From Candidatus Babeliales bacterium (GTDB lineage: Bacteria; Babelota; Babeliae; Babelales; JANWKD01), in contig CAVXJH010000003.1 in NCBI GenBank assembly GCA_963762115.1, positions 480,001-544,000 of the forward strand: a DNA stretch of 64,000 nt, read 5' to 3'. A model generated the notes under the pieces. That model made no database searches. It was not told the DNA's origin and saw nothing but the letters and a program-made list of their open reading frames with translations. Both the position numbers and the translations under genes were made by a program. Positions 50,445 to 60,862 of this stretch are shown one piece after another (position 1 is the first letter of the stretch; the number at the start of each line of letters is the position of its first letter).

Positions 50445-50804
50445 ATGGGCACATATATGATAAAAAAAATACTCACTATACTCTTTTATATATGCTCTGC
50501 GACCTCACTATCATGCAGAACATTGCCTCAATTTACCAAAAATACCGAATTAACTTTTATTGATACGCTCACTATTTATTCAGAAGCAAAAGCACTTTTT
50601 GTTACCCGTTTAGCAGCAGTAAAATTATTTGAAATTAATGGTCACTGCTATGATTATGATACGATATTTACCGGTAAACCGCGGGAAATTCATTGGATAG
50701 ACAATACCCAACGTGGGTTTCCTCGTGGCTTTTTATATGATTTGGATAAAGATGATGCTCCTCTTATTGAACCGATAGGCTATAATAAAAACTTTATGCA
50801 ATAG
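50445..50804 (+). CDS. Small exported hypothetical protein
   Basis: MIKKIL... hydrophobic leader; start may be 50457. Confidence 0.5.
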   Translation: MGTYMIKKILTILFYICSATSLSCRTLPQFTKNTELTFIDTLTIYSEAKALFVTRLAAVKLFEINGHCYDYDTIFTGKPREIHWIDNTQRGFPRGFLYDLDKDDAPLIEPIGYNKNFMQ

Positions 50805-50908
50805 TAAGACTTCTTATTTTTTCATAAAAAATCAAAGTGTTCTTGCTTTCTTCAAAAAATCTTCTTTATACTCAAATTTGTGAGCACAATAAGGGTGAGG
50901 GGGAAGAT

Positions 50909-51601
50909 GTGGAAAAAAATAAGTATATACGGATTTGTATTGCCGTATTTTTTTTCCTTTTAATTATTACCGCTTATATCTTTAGAATTGATAAAAAAAT
51001 TTCCCTTACTTTTTTGCAAGAACATCATCAACGCATACAAGAATTTATTACGCAGAACTATTTTCTTTCTCTTATGGGGTATATAATTTTATATATAGCA
51101 TTTATCATAGTAATGCTGCCGATAACCATTTTGTTCAATATTGCTTCAGGATATTTCTTTGGTGTGGTACTAGGAACGGTGTATAGCGTTATTGGTTGCG
51201 TGATAGGCTCATTAGCTTCATTCTTAATTTTCAGGTATATTTTACGTGACTGGGCAACTAAACGATATCATAAAAGGCTTATACATGTTGAGCAAGAGTT
51301 TGATAAGCATGGTGCTTGGTATATTCTTTCGCTACAATTGTTTCCGATAACACCTTTTGCCATTATTAATACTATTGCAGGATTATCGCACATCCCCGCT
51401 TGGAAATTTATGGGCATTTCGTGTATCGGCGTTACGCCCTATATCTTTTTGAATGCTTTTGCAGGGAGAAAATTAGTAGAAATTAGAACTCTTAAAGATG
51501 TGCTATCGCCTTGGTTTATTGGAATTTTTGTGGGACTTTCATTATGTGCTCTTGCACCCACGTTGATACAATACATAAAAACAAAGTTAAAAAAACAATG
51601 A
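50909..51601 (+). CDS. DedA/TVP38 (VTT) membrane protein
   Basis: GTG 50909 with GGGGGA SD; SGYFFG, FPITPF..IN..AG. Confidence 0.85.
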   Translation: MEKNKYIRICIAVFFFLLIITAYIFRIDKKISLTFLQEHHQRIQEFITQNYFLSLMGYIILYIAFIIVMLPITILFNIASGYFFGVVLGTVYSVIGCVIGSLASFLIFRYILRDWATKRYHKRLIHVEQEFDKHGAWYILSLQLFPITPFAIINTIAGLSHIPAWKFMGISCIGVTPYIFLNAFAGRKLVEIRTLKDVLSPWFIGIFVGLSLCALAPTLIQYIKTKLKKQ

Positions 51602-52347
51602 CTATGACCTTACAGCAAAAACTTCTTTTTATTGTTAATAATCACAAAAAACAACTCTTTGGCGCTCTTATTTTTCTCATAAGCATCATACTGCTTAAAA
51701 TTTTTGGCATAACCGATTATTTTACCCTCGACTATCTACACACGAATATTGCCCATTTACATATGCTCATCCAAAATAACTATTTCAATGCCATTGCCGT
51801 TTATTTATTGTGCTACATCAGCGCTTCGGCATTATCCATTCCCGGATCAACCTTTTTTTTAACCGCATCTGGATTTTTATTTGGCACCATCATCGGCTTT
51901 TTTTTGGCGGTTATTGGCGCAACTACGGGCGGACTTATGCTTTTTTTTACTTCACGCTATATGATTGGCTCATGGGTTCAACGTTATTTTGGCCCACAAT
52001 TAACAAGATTTAATATAGAAATTGGCCATCATGGTTTTTATTATTTACTCATGATTCGCCTCATTGGCATACTACCCTTTTTTATCGTTAATTTGTTATC
52101 GGGGATTACCCTTATCCGACCATTCACTTTTGTATGGACAACCTGCATTGGCATGATGCCCTTTGCTTTAACCTATGCATTTATTGGTGCACAATTAGCA
52201 CAACTCGACACAATAACCTATACAGGATCACCTGCCATTATTGCAGCACTAATACTATTTTTTATTTTTAAGATAGTTCTCGTTCCCTTGTTTTATAAAA
52301 AAATAAAACAACGACGAGCACGCGTAAGAGCGAAAAAAGAAAGTTAG
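51598..52347 (+). CDS. DedA/TVP38 (VTT) membrane protein, tandem paralog
   Basis: ATGA overlap; SIPG, SGFLFG, IRL..LPFFIVN. Confidence 0.85.
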   Translation: MTMTLQQKLLFIVNNHKKQLFGALIFLISIILLKIFGITDYFTLDYLHTNIAHLHMLIQNNYFNAIAVYLLCYISASALSIPGSTFFLTASGFLFGTIIGFFLAVIGATTGGLMLFFTSRYMIGSWVQRYFGPQLTRFNIEIGHHGFYYLLMIRLIGILPFFIVNLLSGITLIRPFTFVWTTCIGMMPFALTYAFIGAQLAQLDTITYTGSPAIIAALILFFIFKIVLVPLFYKKIKQRRARVRAKKES

Positions 52348-52348
52348 A

Positions 52349-52675
52349 TTATCGCTGCACTGGTAATTTGCCATATTCATACAAAATACAAAATATAAAA
52401 CCAATGCCTAATAGAGCAATACTCGCGCTAATAAGGTGACCAGCAAATCTTATTCTTTTATCACAAAATTCGGCAATCTGAACATTAGTAATTTTACCGT
52501 CAGAATCTTTTGTTGTTATTTGAAAAGAAGGATATTCGGCACAAGGAATACCCAAAAAATAATCGGTTTGAACCGGAGCTAATTTAATAATTTTTGTCGA
52601 TGTTACACGTGGAACAGCCTCAAAAAAACTGCACATTAAAATCAGAATGGCCAATAATAGCCTATTTATTTTCAT
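52349..52675 (-). CDS. Small exported membrane-anchored protein
   Basis: GGAG SD, signal peptide, C-terminal TM. Confidence 0.55.
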   Translation of the reverse strand: MKINRLLLAILILMCSFFEAVPRVTSTKIIKLAPVQTDYFLGIPCAEYPSFQITTKDSDGKITNVQIAEFCDKRIRFAGHLISASIALLGIGFIFCILYEYGKLPVQR

Positions 52676-52921
52676 AATAACTCCATTTTACTGATAAGAT
52701 AACCTCAATATAACTATTTTATCAAAAATGGAAAAAATGACAATCAATATATGCTTATTTGTAAATAATAGGCAGAAAATGGTCACTTAACCCTGGTTAT
52801 TCATAAAATACAGGGTGTTTTATGCCTTAACCTATAAATGTGCTGCAAAACATTGTAAACTTACTATTAAGGCAAATTCGATAAAAACGTGCTGATAGCA
52901 AAAAAACGTAAAAAACAGAGG

Positions 52922-53336
52922 TGTCATTGCGAGCCAACATTGTTGGCGTGGCAACTCAGCCAATAAAATTCTATTAATGAGATCCCTATGAAACAACCCG
53001 CAGTGTACATTATAACAAATAAAAAAAATGGAGCTCTTTATACAGGAGTAACTTCTAGTCTACTGCAAAGAATTCATCAACATAAAAACAATATAATTGA
53101 AGGATTTACAAAACAACATGGTTGTAAATTACTTGTCTATTATGAGCTTTATGACAACATGTTAAAAGCAATTGAGCGTGAAAAACAAATAAAATCAGGA
53201 TCAAGAATAAAAAAATTAAAACTAATTGAATCAGCAAATCCTTGTTGGTTTGATTTGTTTGAGCAAATCAATAAAGAAAATTAATAGAATTTTATTGGCT
53301 GGGTTGCCACGCCAACAATGTTGGCTCGCAATGACA
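52922..53336 (+). mobile_element. Family A element carrying a GIY-YIG nuclease between 56-bp inverted repeats
   Basis: Arms 52922-52977 and 53281-53336 are reverse complements at 55/56 positions; ORF fills the interior; mobility is inferred. Confidence 0.75.
52988..53284 (+). CDS. GIY-YIG nuclease (stand-alone, 98 aa)
   Basis: AVYI...LYTGVT...QRIHQH...AIEREKQIK...NP.W.DL; catalytic Y/R/E/N pattern present. Confidence 0.9.
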   Translation: MKQPAVYIITNKKNGALYTGVTSSLLQRIHQHKNNIIEGFTKQHGCKLLVYYELYDNMLKAIEREKQIKSGSRIKKLKLIESANPCWFDLFEQINKEN

Positions 53337-53427
53337 TTTCCGACTATCTAAGTTACCGTTAAAATTGTTTATCACCTACATCGAGTTCGCATTATAACGT
53401 TATACACCAAATTCATTAGGTAAATTC

Positions 53428-54390
53428 ATGCAAAAAGAAAACATTAATAATAAAAATACGAATTTCCAACTCCTCAACACAAAAACAATTCTCGAGGTTA
53501 TTGGCAACACACCGTTAGTAAAAGTAGATTTTGGCACACCACCCACCATTTTGGCAAAATTAGAATACCTCAACCCTGGTGGCAGCATAAAAGATCGCGC
53601 AGCACTCTTTATGGTTGAAGAAGCTGAAAAAAAAGGCTTATTAAAACCTGGCGGCACCATTATCGAAGCATCTTCAGGCAATCAGGGCATTGCTGCTGCA
53701 ATGATTGGCGCTGCTAAAGGATATAAAGTCATTATCACAACCAACAAAAAATTTAGCCAAGAAAAAATAAATACCATCACCGCCTATGGCGCTGAGATTA
53801 TTATGTGTCCTTGCACTGAATTTGTAGAAGATCCACAAAGTTACCACAGTCAAGCAGTCACTCTGCACAAAAACACCCCTAATTCGTTCATGCTTAATCA
53901 ATATTATAATCTCGCCAATTCCCAAGGGCATTATCATTCACTCGGACCTGAAATATGGCAACAAACCCAAGGCGCAATAACTCATTTTTTTGCAGCTTCA
54001 GGAACCTGCGGCACCATCACTGGCGTCGGCAGATATTTAAAAGAACAAAATAATGCGGTAAAAGTCATTGCCGTTGATGCGGTGAATTCATATCGCAGCA
54101 CGCAAGGACACCCAAAACCTTACTCTTTAGAAGGCATTGGTGTCGATTTCGATGCACCGATTTTGAATGCTTATCAATCATGTATTGATGAATTTTTTTG
54201 CGTTTCAGATGATCAAGGCCTTGCAATGTTAAAAAATATGGCCCGAAATCATGCCATTTTAGGTGGGCCAAGCAGTGGCGCCGTCGCCCACGCTGCTTAT
54301 GAATATTCAAAAACCCTTTCTCCCCATGATATTGTTGTGATGATTATTGGCGATTCAGGACGAGCCTATTTGAGCAAAAATTATTATTAA
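53428..54390 (+). CDS. Cysteine synthase / cystathionine beta-synthase family PLP enzyme
   Basis: IGNTPLV, NPGGSIKDR, ASSGN, GTCGT, EGIG. Confidence 0.9.
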   Translation: MQKENINNKNTNFQLLNTKTILEVIGNTPLVKVDFGTPPTILAKLEYLNPGGSIKDRAALFMVEEAEKKGLLKPGGTIIEASSGNQGIAAAMIGAAKGYKVIITTNKKFSQEKINTITAYGAEIIMCPCTEFVEDPQSYHSQAVTLHKNTPNSFMLNQYYNLANSQGHYHSLGPEIWQQTQGAITHFFAASGTCGTITGVGRYLKEQNNAVKVIAVDAVNSYRSTQGHPKPYSLEGIGVDFDAPILNAYQSCIDEFFCVSDDQGLAMLKNMARNHAILGGPSSGAVAHAAYEYSKTLSPHDIVVMIIGDSGRAYLSKNYY

Positions 54391-54636
54391 AATATTCATA
54401 TTTTACTACATAATGATCTCATAAATGGAGGTCTTTCTTAAAAATATTCCCCTTCAAAAAAAGCCTGATTTCTATGGGTGTTATTCCCTTTTAATGTTAG
54501 TTTTTTATTTTATTTCTATATTTAATTTTTAAAAATATTATTAATAATATTGCAAATTGAATTTTATATATGCTATCTTATTAGTAACAATAGCGTTGAA
54601 GATAGAGTAAAAACCAAATACTAAAAGGGGAATCCT

Positions 54637-55071
54637 ATGAAAAAACAGTTATTATTTCTTGCACTTGTTGCCGGAATAGTTACTTCATCAGTTCAAGCAA
54701 TGAGCAGCGTCGAAAAAATTGATGCAGCAGAACAAAAATTTATGAGTCAATTTAGAGAACTACAACATGAAACCATAAATAAATTACAAAAGCTCTTTAA
54801 CGACAACAAGAATTATAAATTTAATATCGATAGAGAATGGAGCCAAATACAATCAAATCTTCAAACATACGCTGGTAAAGGTTCACTCGGTGTTCCTGCA
54901 AGGATGGGAATACTCGCAGAAAAAATTTATAACATTTTAAAAGAACCTTATAAGCAAATAATGAATGCACAAGCAACGGGAAATGTAGAACAAACAATGA
55001 GAAGCCAAAATGCTTATAATTTGACCGACCGCGCTTTAGTATTGGCTCACTTATACTATGATAAAAAATAA
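54637..55071 (+). CDS. Exported helical hypothetical protein
   Basis: Signal peptide ...SVQA-MS; AAGGGG SD. Confidence 0.7.
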   Translation: MKKQLLFLALVAGIVTSSVQAMSSVEKIDAAEQKFMSQFRELQHETINKLQKLFNDNKNYKFNIDREWSQIQSNLQTYAGKGSLGVPARMGILAEKIYNILKEPYKQIMNAQATGNVEQTMRSQNAYNLTDRALVLAHLYYDKK

Positions 55072-55094
55072 AACTAGATTTATACGCTAAAAAT

Positions 55095-55131
55095 AAAAAA
55101 CCCATTGCCCTCAAAAGCAGTGGGTTTTTTT
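55095..55131. terminator. Bidirectional terminator
   Basis: A6-CCCATTGC-CCTCAAAA-GCAGTGGG-T7 between convergent genes. Confidence 0.8.
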
Positions 55132-55181
55132 ATAAAAAGGAACAGCGTACCTTGTGCACTTTAAAAAAACAACAGTAAAAA

Positions 55182-56225
55182 TTAAAGTTCTTTATAAGAA
55201 GATTCAAGAATACGCGCACTTTTGCTTGATGCAGAATCAAAAAAAAGCTTTTGTCCCAACGGCGGCACATGCAAATGAGCATGATTAAGTTTATCACTAT
55301 TCAACTGCCACCAAGCATGTAACTGTTCAATCGGTGTATGAACTGCATCAAGGCCAAAATGAAACGTACCCCAATGCATAGGAATAAAATGCTTTGCCCC
55401 TAACGTTAAAAACGCTTCTCCTGCCTCTTGAGCATTAATATGAGAATGCTGCATCCACTTTCTTGGTTCACAAGGACCAACGGGCAATAATGCGATATCA
55501 ATAGAAGGGAATACTTTTGCAATATGCTCAAAATGATGCCAATTGGCTGTATCACCGCCAAAATAAAGGCGATAGCCCTTATATTCTATGAGCCAACTAC
55601 CCCATAATGATCGATTTCTATCAAACAATGAACGTTGTGACCAATGGTAAGCGGGTAAAAAATAAAAACGAATTATTTCATCAGATTGCCCAACACCGGC
55701 AATTTCTTGCCACCATTCAGCTTCATGTACTTTGTCAAAAGCACGTTTTTGGAACCATTTTTTATCACCTTTTGGCACAAGCACGCGAGGCTGCTGAACA
55801 CGCATATGCAATAAACTCTTGCTATCCATATGATCGCGATGATTATGAGAAAGCAACACATAATCTATAACCCCAAGATCAGACAACGAAATGCCTGGAG
55901 GAGCAATACGACGAAACAAAAGAGAGGCATCACCAAAAATAGGATCCGTGATTAACGTTATTGTGCCAAGCTTTATTAAAAAAGTTGAATGCCCAATCCA
56001 CGTAATTTCTATGTCACCTGAAGAAAAAAGTGGCCCTTTTTGGGTTTGCGGCACTAAAAAACTGCTTTTTTGCGCAAAAAAACGCCTTTTGGCCCACGAT
56101 TTCGTAAACATCAACAATGAATGAAGAAATACGCCTCTTGATTTTTCATGTTCAAGATTATAATAACGATTATTTTTTTTATAGGGAGTAAGAAAATGAG
56201 CATGAGCTTTGGATGAAATTACCAT
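55182..56225 (-). CDS. Metallo-beta-lactamase-fold hydrolase (NAPE-PLD/RomA-like)
   Basis: WIGHST, TDP, SHNHRDHMD, GDT, PMHWGTF; start uncertain. Confidence 0.85.
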   Translation of the reverse strand: MVISSKAHAHFLTPYKKNNRYYNLEHEKSRGVFLHSLLMFTKSWAKRRFFAQKSSFLVPQTQKGPLFSSGDIEITWIGHSTFLIKLGTITLITDPIFGDASLLFRRIAPPGISLSDLGVIDYVLLSHNHRDHMDSKSLLHMRVQQPRVLVPKGDKKWFQKRAFDKVHEAEWWQEIAGVGQSDEIIRFYFLPAYHWSQRSLFDRNRSLWGSWLIEYKGYRLYFGGDTANWHHFEHIAKVFPSIDIALLPVGPCEPRKWMQHSHINAQEAGEAFLTLGAKHFIPMHWGTFHFGLDAVHTPIEQLHAWWQLNSDKLNHAHLHVPPLGQKLFFDSASSKSARILESSYKEL

Positions 56226-56439
56226 TGCCGTTTCCAAAAAGAAACCCCCATCCAGACGCGAAGTCAAGGACAGGGGAAATGGAGGTTATCTATTTAAAAT
56301 TGTGCTTAAAACACTTAGTTAATGTACACTGAGTTTTAATAAAAAGCAAATTATTTATTGATATTATTCTCTTTTTTTGAATTCATCAAGTCAATAACAT
56401 AGCTTACATATCTAATTTTAATTACAAATGGCTAATTTG

Positions 56440-57561
56440 TCAATAGATTTTGTCAGAATATTTAATATTTCTCAAATAAATATTTTCATACCCATTTTTC
56501 ATAGCTTCCAGGGAAAGATCATTTTTTACCGTTTTATAGGCATTTTTACCCAATAAAAGAGCATTTTGCCTATCAAACATGAGTGATTTTAGGGCATCTT
56601 TTAAAGCTTTTGCATCCCCGGAAGGCACCAATAAACCATTCACCCCCTGTTGTATCACCTCATGGGTCATTTTTTCATGGGTAGAAACACAAGGAAGAGA
56701 AAAACTCATTGCCTCTAAAAGAGCAACTGATATGCCCTCTTTATATGATGAAAGAGCAAAACAATCAAAAAGAGGATAATAACCATATGATTGTTGACCA
56801 ATAATAAAAATAATTTTATGAGCTACACCCAATCTTGAGGCCAAAGCGCGCAAATGCTGTTCTTCAGGGCCAGAACCAAGAAGAACAAGTCGTGCATGCT
56901 CACTCTCACGAGCAAGGAGCGCAAAAGCTTCTAGCAAAAGACCATAATTTTTTAAAGCCACAAAGCGCCCAACAGATCCAATGACAAAATGATTTTCTTC
57001 TAATCCCAGACTCTCACGACTTTTAACGCAAAGCATACCGCGCTCTTTAATGCCCTGAGCAGGTACGCCATTTTTTATGGTGGTAATGGTGCCAATAGGC
57101 ACGTTATGATGTTCAACTAATGAAGACGCAACGCCATTGGAAACAGCAACCAACTCAGTGGCCATCCATTGTGAATAACGATCAAGCATGCCACGCATCA
57201 TGCCATCTTGATCAACATTATTATGAAAACTATTCAAAACAGGAATGCCAAGTAATTTTCCGATAATTCGTCCTGCTATGTTGGCCGACCAAAGCCAGGT
57301 ATGCAGCAACGAAGGCTTTAATGTTTTTATGCATGTGTATAACCGAAAGAAAAAAATAGGATCATATAAACACAAAGCCCCTTTAATAGGAAACAAAGGA
57401 ATTTTTAACTGCCGTAATCGCTCAACATTGGGTCCTTCATGAAAATAGATCACGGTAACATCATACTTTTCACGATCAACAGATGCTAAAAAATCACACA
57501 GAAGCGATTCAGCGCCACCCATTTTTAAACTCGTAATAAGATGCACTATCAACATTTTCAT
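56440..57561 (-). CDS. Glycosyltransferase family 4
   Basis: GGAE, VGRF..LKN, EGISVALLEAM. Confidence 0.9.
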   Translation of the reverse strand: MKMLIVHLITSLKMGGAESLLCDFLASVDREKYDVTVIYFHEGPNVERLRQLKIPLFPIKGALCLYDPIFFFRLYTCIKTLKPSLLHTWLWSANIAGRIIGKLLGIPVLNSFHNNVDQDGMMRGMLDRYSQWMATELVAVSNGVASSLVEHHNVPIGTITTIKNGVPAQGIKERGMLCVKSRESLGLEENHFVIGSVGRFVALKNYGLLLEAFALLARESEHARLVLLGSGPEEQHLRALASRLGVAHKIIFIIGQQSYGYYPLFDCFALSSYKEGISVALLEAMSFSLPCVSTHEKMTHEVIQQGVNGLLVPSGDAKALKDALKSLMFDRQNALLLGKNAYKTVKNDLSLEAMKNGYENIYLRNIKYSDKIY

Positions 57562-59138
57562 TATGCATGCCCTTTAAGCAACGCTTCCTGTTCTTTTTTT
57601 AATCTTTTTTTATCAACTTTGCCAAGTGCGGTCATAGGCAAATCAGGAAGACAAATAATATGACGGGGAATTTTATACGGTGCTAAATGTTGCTTGCATA
57701 ATGCCTTGAGTGCTTTTTCACAATCAGGGTTATTCTCTCGAACGGCAACAAAAGCAATAGGGATTTCTCCTGTTAATTCATCTTCTTTGCCAATCACACC
57801 AGCCTTAAAAACTGCCGGATGTGACATCAATACGTTCTCAATTTCAGGTGGATAAATATTAAATCCTTTATGAATAATAAGATCTTTAAAGCGACCTGAA
57901 ATAACCAAATTTCCACGTGTATCAAAATAAGCAAAATCGCCGGTATCCAACCAACCATCAACAAGCACTTGAGCGGTATGTTCTGGCGCATTATAATAGC
58001 CAAGCATAACATTATCACCCTTCACCCATAAGATGCCTATCTTTCCCTTTTGGACTTCTTTTCCCGTTGTTTCATCGCGCAAAGAAATGTGAACACCAAT
58101 TGCAGGCTTACCAATAGTATTGGTTGCTTGTACAATATCATCAACATCGCCGGCAATAAACGGTGAGCTTTCAGTCAATCCGTACCCATTACACATTTTT
58201 CGACGATAAATAAGTTCAAAACCAGCACGAATTTTATCAGGAAGTGCATCACCACCACAAATAACATACCGCACCGTTGAAAAATCTAAATGTTTCATCA
58301 TGCACAATAAACCATATAATGTTGGCACGCCCAGCATAATCGTTGGCGCATGACGAAATCCATCAAGAATCCATTTACGCTCAATTTTAGGCACAACAAT
58401 AACACTCGCACCAAGAAACATACTACTCCACACACATGAATTTTGTGCAAAACTATGGAATAACGGCAATATGCCAAATATGCGATCTTCATGACTTATT
58501 TCAATCGTCGCAGTAATTTGCGCAACATTCGTGAGCAGATTTCTTGAACTCAACATAACCCCTTTAGGCAATCCTGTGGTGCCAGAAGTGTATAATAATG
58601 CCGCCATCAGATCAGGATCAATCAGCGGTATTTCATATTCTTTTAATGGCGCTTCAGAAAACTCTTCAACATTTTTTAATACCGGTTCAATAAACACGAG
58701 CGGCAGCACCATACCATTGTGCTCCAATGCCGAAAGCTTATGAGAAAATTCTTCTGAAACCACGAGTGCAACAGGTTGTGAATCATTAATAACATGTGCC
58801 AATTCTTTTTCAGTAATAAAAGTATTCAATGGCGCTACAACAGCACCAGTCTGCCAAATACCAAAATACGCACTATAATATTCAATTGAATTTTCAAAAA
58901 GCAAACATACTCTATCATGCGGCTTAATTCCTTTTTCAAGCAAATCACGCGTTACTCGCAATGAATGATGATACAATTGTAAAAAAGTAATGCTCACATC
59001 CTTGCAAATTAATGCTGTTGCATGCGGAAATCGCTTTGCAGCACGTTGTAATAAGCACCCTGCAAAAATCATACGGTTATTTTCATGCATTGCTTTATAA
59101 TAATTATTAAAGCGTTCTTCCCGTGTTATTGTCGCCAT
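57561..59138 (-). CDS. Long-chain acyl-CoA ligase (FadD-like)
   Basis: YTSGTTGLPKG, GYGLTE, WLDTGD, GRFKD, GKVDK. Confidence 0.9.
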   Translation of the reverse strand: MATITREERFNNYYKAMHENNRMIFAGCLLQRAAKRFPHATALICKDVSITFLQLYHHSLRVTRDLLEKGIKPHDRVCLLFENSIEYYSAYFGIWQTGAVVAPLNTFITEKELAHVINDSQPVALVVSEEFSHKLSALEHNGMVLPLVFIEPVLKNVEEFSEAPLKEYEIPLIDPDLMAALLYTSGTTGLPKGVMLSSRNLLTNVAQITATIEISHEDRIFGILPLFHSFAQNSCVWSSMFLGASVIVVPKIERKWILDGFRHAPTIMLGVPTLYGLLCMMKHLDFSTVRYVICGGDALPDKIRAGFELIYRRKMCNGYGLTESSPFIAGDVDDIVQATNTIGKPAIGVHISLRDETTGKEVQKGKIGILWVKGDNVMLGYYNAPEHTAQVLVDGWLDTGDFAYFDTRGNLVISGRFKDLIIHKGFNIYPPEIENVLMSHPAVFKAGVIGKEDELTGEIPIAFVAVRENNPDCEKALKALCKQHLAPYKIPRHIICLPDLPMTALGKVDKKRLKKEQEALLKGHA

Positions 59139-59222
59139 ACAAATACCTTTTTTTATATCTATAAAAACCTGAATTTTCTCAAAAATATAATAATATTGTG
59201 CAATGTAAATGATAGACTAGAA

Positions 59223-59334
59223 CGTCATTCTGAGGCAACTTGTTGCCGTAGGAATCCAGTCAATAAAGTTACTTCCTTAAGTAATTACATAATAAATTCT
59301 GGATTACTACGTCGCTACGCTCCTCATAATGACA
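59223..59334. repeat. Divergent family A-like inverted doublet
   Basis: CGTCATTCTGAGGCAACTTGTTGCCGTAGGAATCCAG ... CTGGATTACTACGTCGCTACGCTCCTCATAATGACA. Confidence 0.7.
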
Positions 59335-59464
59335 CTAAGGCATGCACACGCCACTTTTGCTAATGTATATTCATTTACATGCATCTATATCTTGCTATAC
59401 TAATACATACTAAAAATAATAGTTATATTTTTATTTTCTTAGCATACAATCAAAATAAATAATT

Positions 59465-60121
59465 ATGAAATTAACAAAAAGCGGCATGCTCATTGCGTGC
59501 GAAGGCATTGATGGATCTGGCAAATCAACGCTCGCAAAGGCATTATTCGCCCATTTTTCTGCTCAGCATATTCCCGTACTTTTAACAAAAGAACCGGGAG
59601 GAACTTTATTTGGCATGCAATTACGCAGTATCTTACAAGATCCTATGGTGAAACGATGCTCAAAAGCAGAATTTTTATTATTCGCCGCTGATCGCGCACA
59701 ACATTTTCAAGAAGTTATTATGCCGGCACTTGCTAGCGGAACACTCATTATTTCTGATAGACTTGCCGATTCTTCTTTGGTGTATCAAGGATTTGGTCGT
59801 GGACTTGATCATGCAATGATTGAACAGATCAACATGTGGGCAATGAATAATCATAAAGCTGATATCACCATCTATCTTCGCGTTACTGCGCAAACAGCTT
59901 TTGATCGTATTACGCAAAGAAATGAAAAAGCAACAGCGTTCGAACAAGAAAGCAAAGATTTTTTTAATCGACTCATTAACGGATTTGATACACTCTATGC
60001 AAATCGTTCTGATGTTCTTATTATCGATGGCGCCACAACACAAGAAGAAATTGCTCAAGAAACGAGTATGAAACTTACACACATGATAGCAAAAAAGCTC
60101 AAGGAACATGCACATGATTAA
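59465..60121 (+). CDS. tmk: Thymidylate kinase
   Basis: EGIDGSGKST, KEPGGT, ADRAQH, SDR...SS.VYQG. Confidence 0.95.
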   Translation: MKLTKSGMLIACEGIDGSGKSTLAKALFAHFSAQHIPVLLTKEPGGTLFGMQLRSILQDPMVKRCSKAEFLLFAADRAQHFQEVIMPALASGTLIISDRLADSSLVYQGFGRGLDHAMIEQINMWAMNNHKADITIYLRVTAQTAFDRITQRNEKATAFEQESKDFFNRLINGFDTLYANRSDVLIIDGATTQEEIAQETSMKLTHMIAKKLKEHAHD

Positions 60122-60839
60122 TGCTATCCCTCCTGCTCAACTATGGATTGGCAACGCAAGCACCTTACAAAAACAGGCAAAACAGTATTTGCAACAGCAC
60201 TTGTGTACCTTACATGCCTGCACCATATGCGCTCACTGTAAAAACATAGAACAAAAGCAACATGCATCATTGTTATGGCTAACACCAGAAAAAAACTACA
60301 CGCTTGAATTACTTGAACCAATAAAACGCGTTGTTGCTTTTTGCTTAGAAGATGATCAAAAGTATTTTATCATTATTGAACATGCTCACCTTTTGTCTCC
60401 CGCGTGTGCCAATAGTTTATTAAAAGTGCTTGAAGAACCGCCGCGCGGCTATCATTTTATTTTGCTCTCGCAGTCGCTTGATGCGCTATTACCCACAATT
60501 CAATCACGCTGTTTTATTGCAACTATTGCAACACACAGCAGTGACACTTTTACCCATGATATTGTTTATGCACTTACGGCACAAAAATTACCAACTGCTT
60601 TTGATTTTTTACAAATACTCGAAAAAACAGCACCAGATGACGTGACTTCGATAACGCTTGTTGAACAAATTTTGGCATATTGGCTCGAACAGTATAAAAT
60701 GAGTGTTGTAGAGAATAATAATGAGCAACAAAAAAAAGCTTCTTTAATGATTGGTGTTTTGCAAAAAGGATTGTTGCAACCACCCATGCCGGGAAGCAGT
60801 AAGATATTTTGGAAAAATGTTTTTTTACACTGTGTATAA
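60108..60839 (+). CDS. holB: DNA polymerase III delta' subunit-like
   Basis: C..C..C..C Zn motif, ANSLLKVLEEPP, LLPTIQSRC; follows tmk. Confidence 0.85.
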   Translation: MHMINAIPPAQLWIGNASTLQKQAKQYLQQHLCTLHACTICAHCKNIEQKQHASLLWLTPEKNYTLELLEPIKRVVAFCLEDDQKYFIIIEHAHLLSPACANSLLKVLEEPPRGYHFILLSQSLDALLPTIQSRCFIATIATHSSDTFTHDIVYALTAQKLPTAFDFLQILEKTAPDDVTSITLVEQILAYWLEQYKMSVVENNNEQQKKASLMIGVLQKGLLQPPMPGSSKIFWKNVFLHCV

Positions 60840-60862
60840 ACTTTTTATGTTAGGGAATTTTC

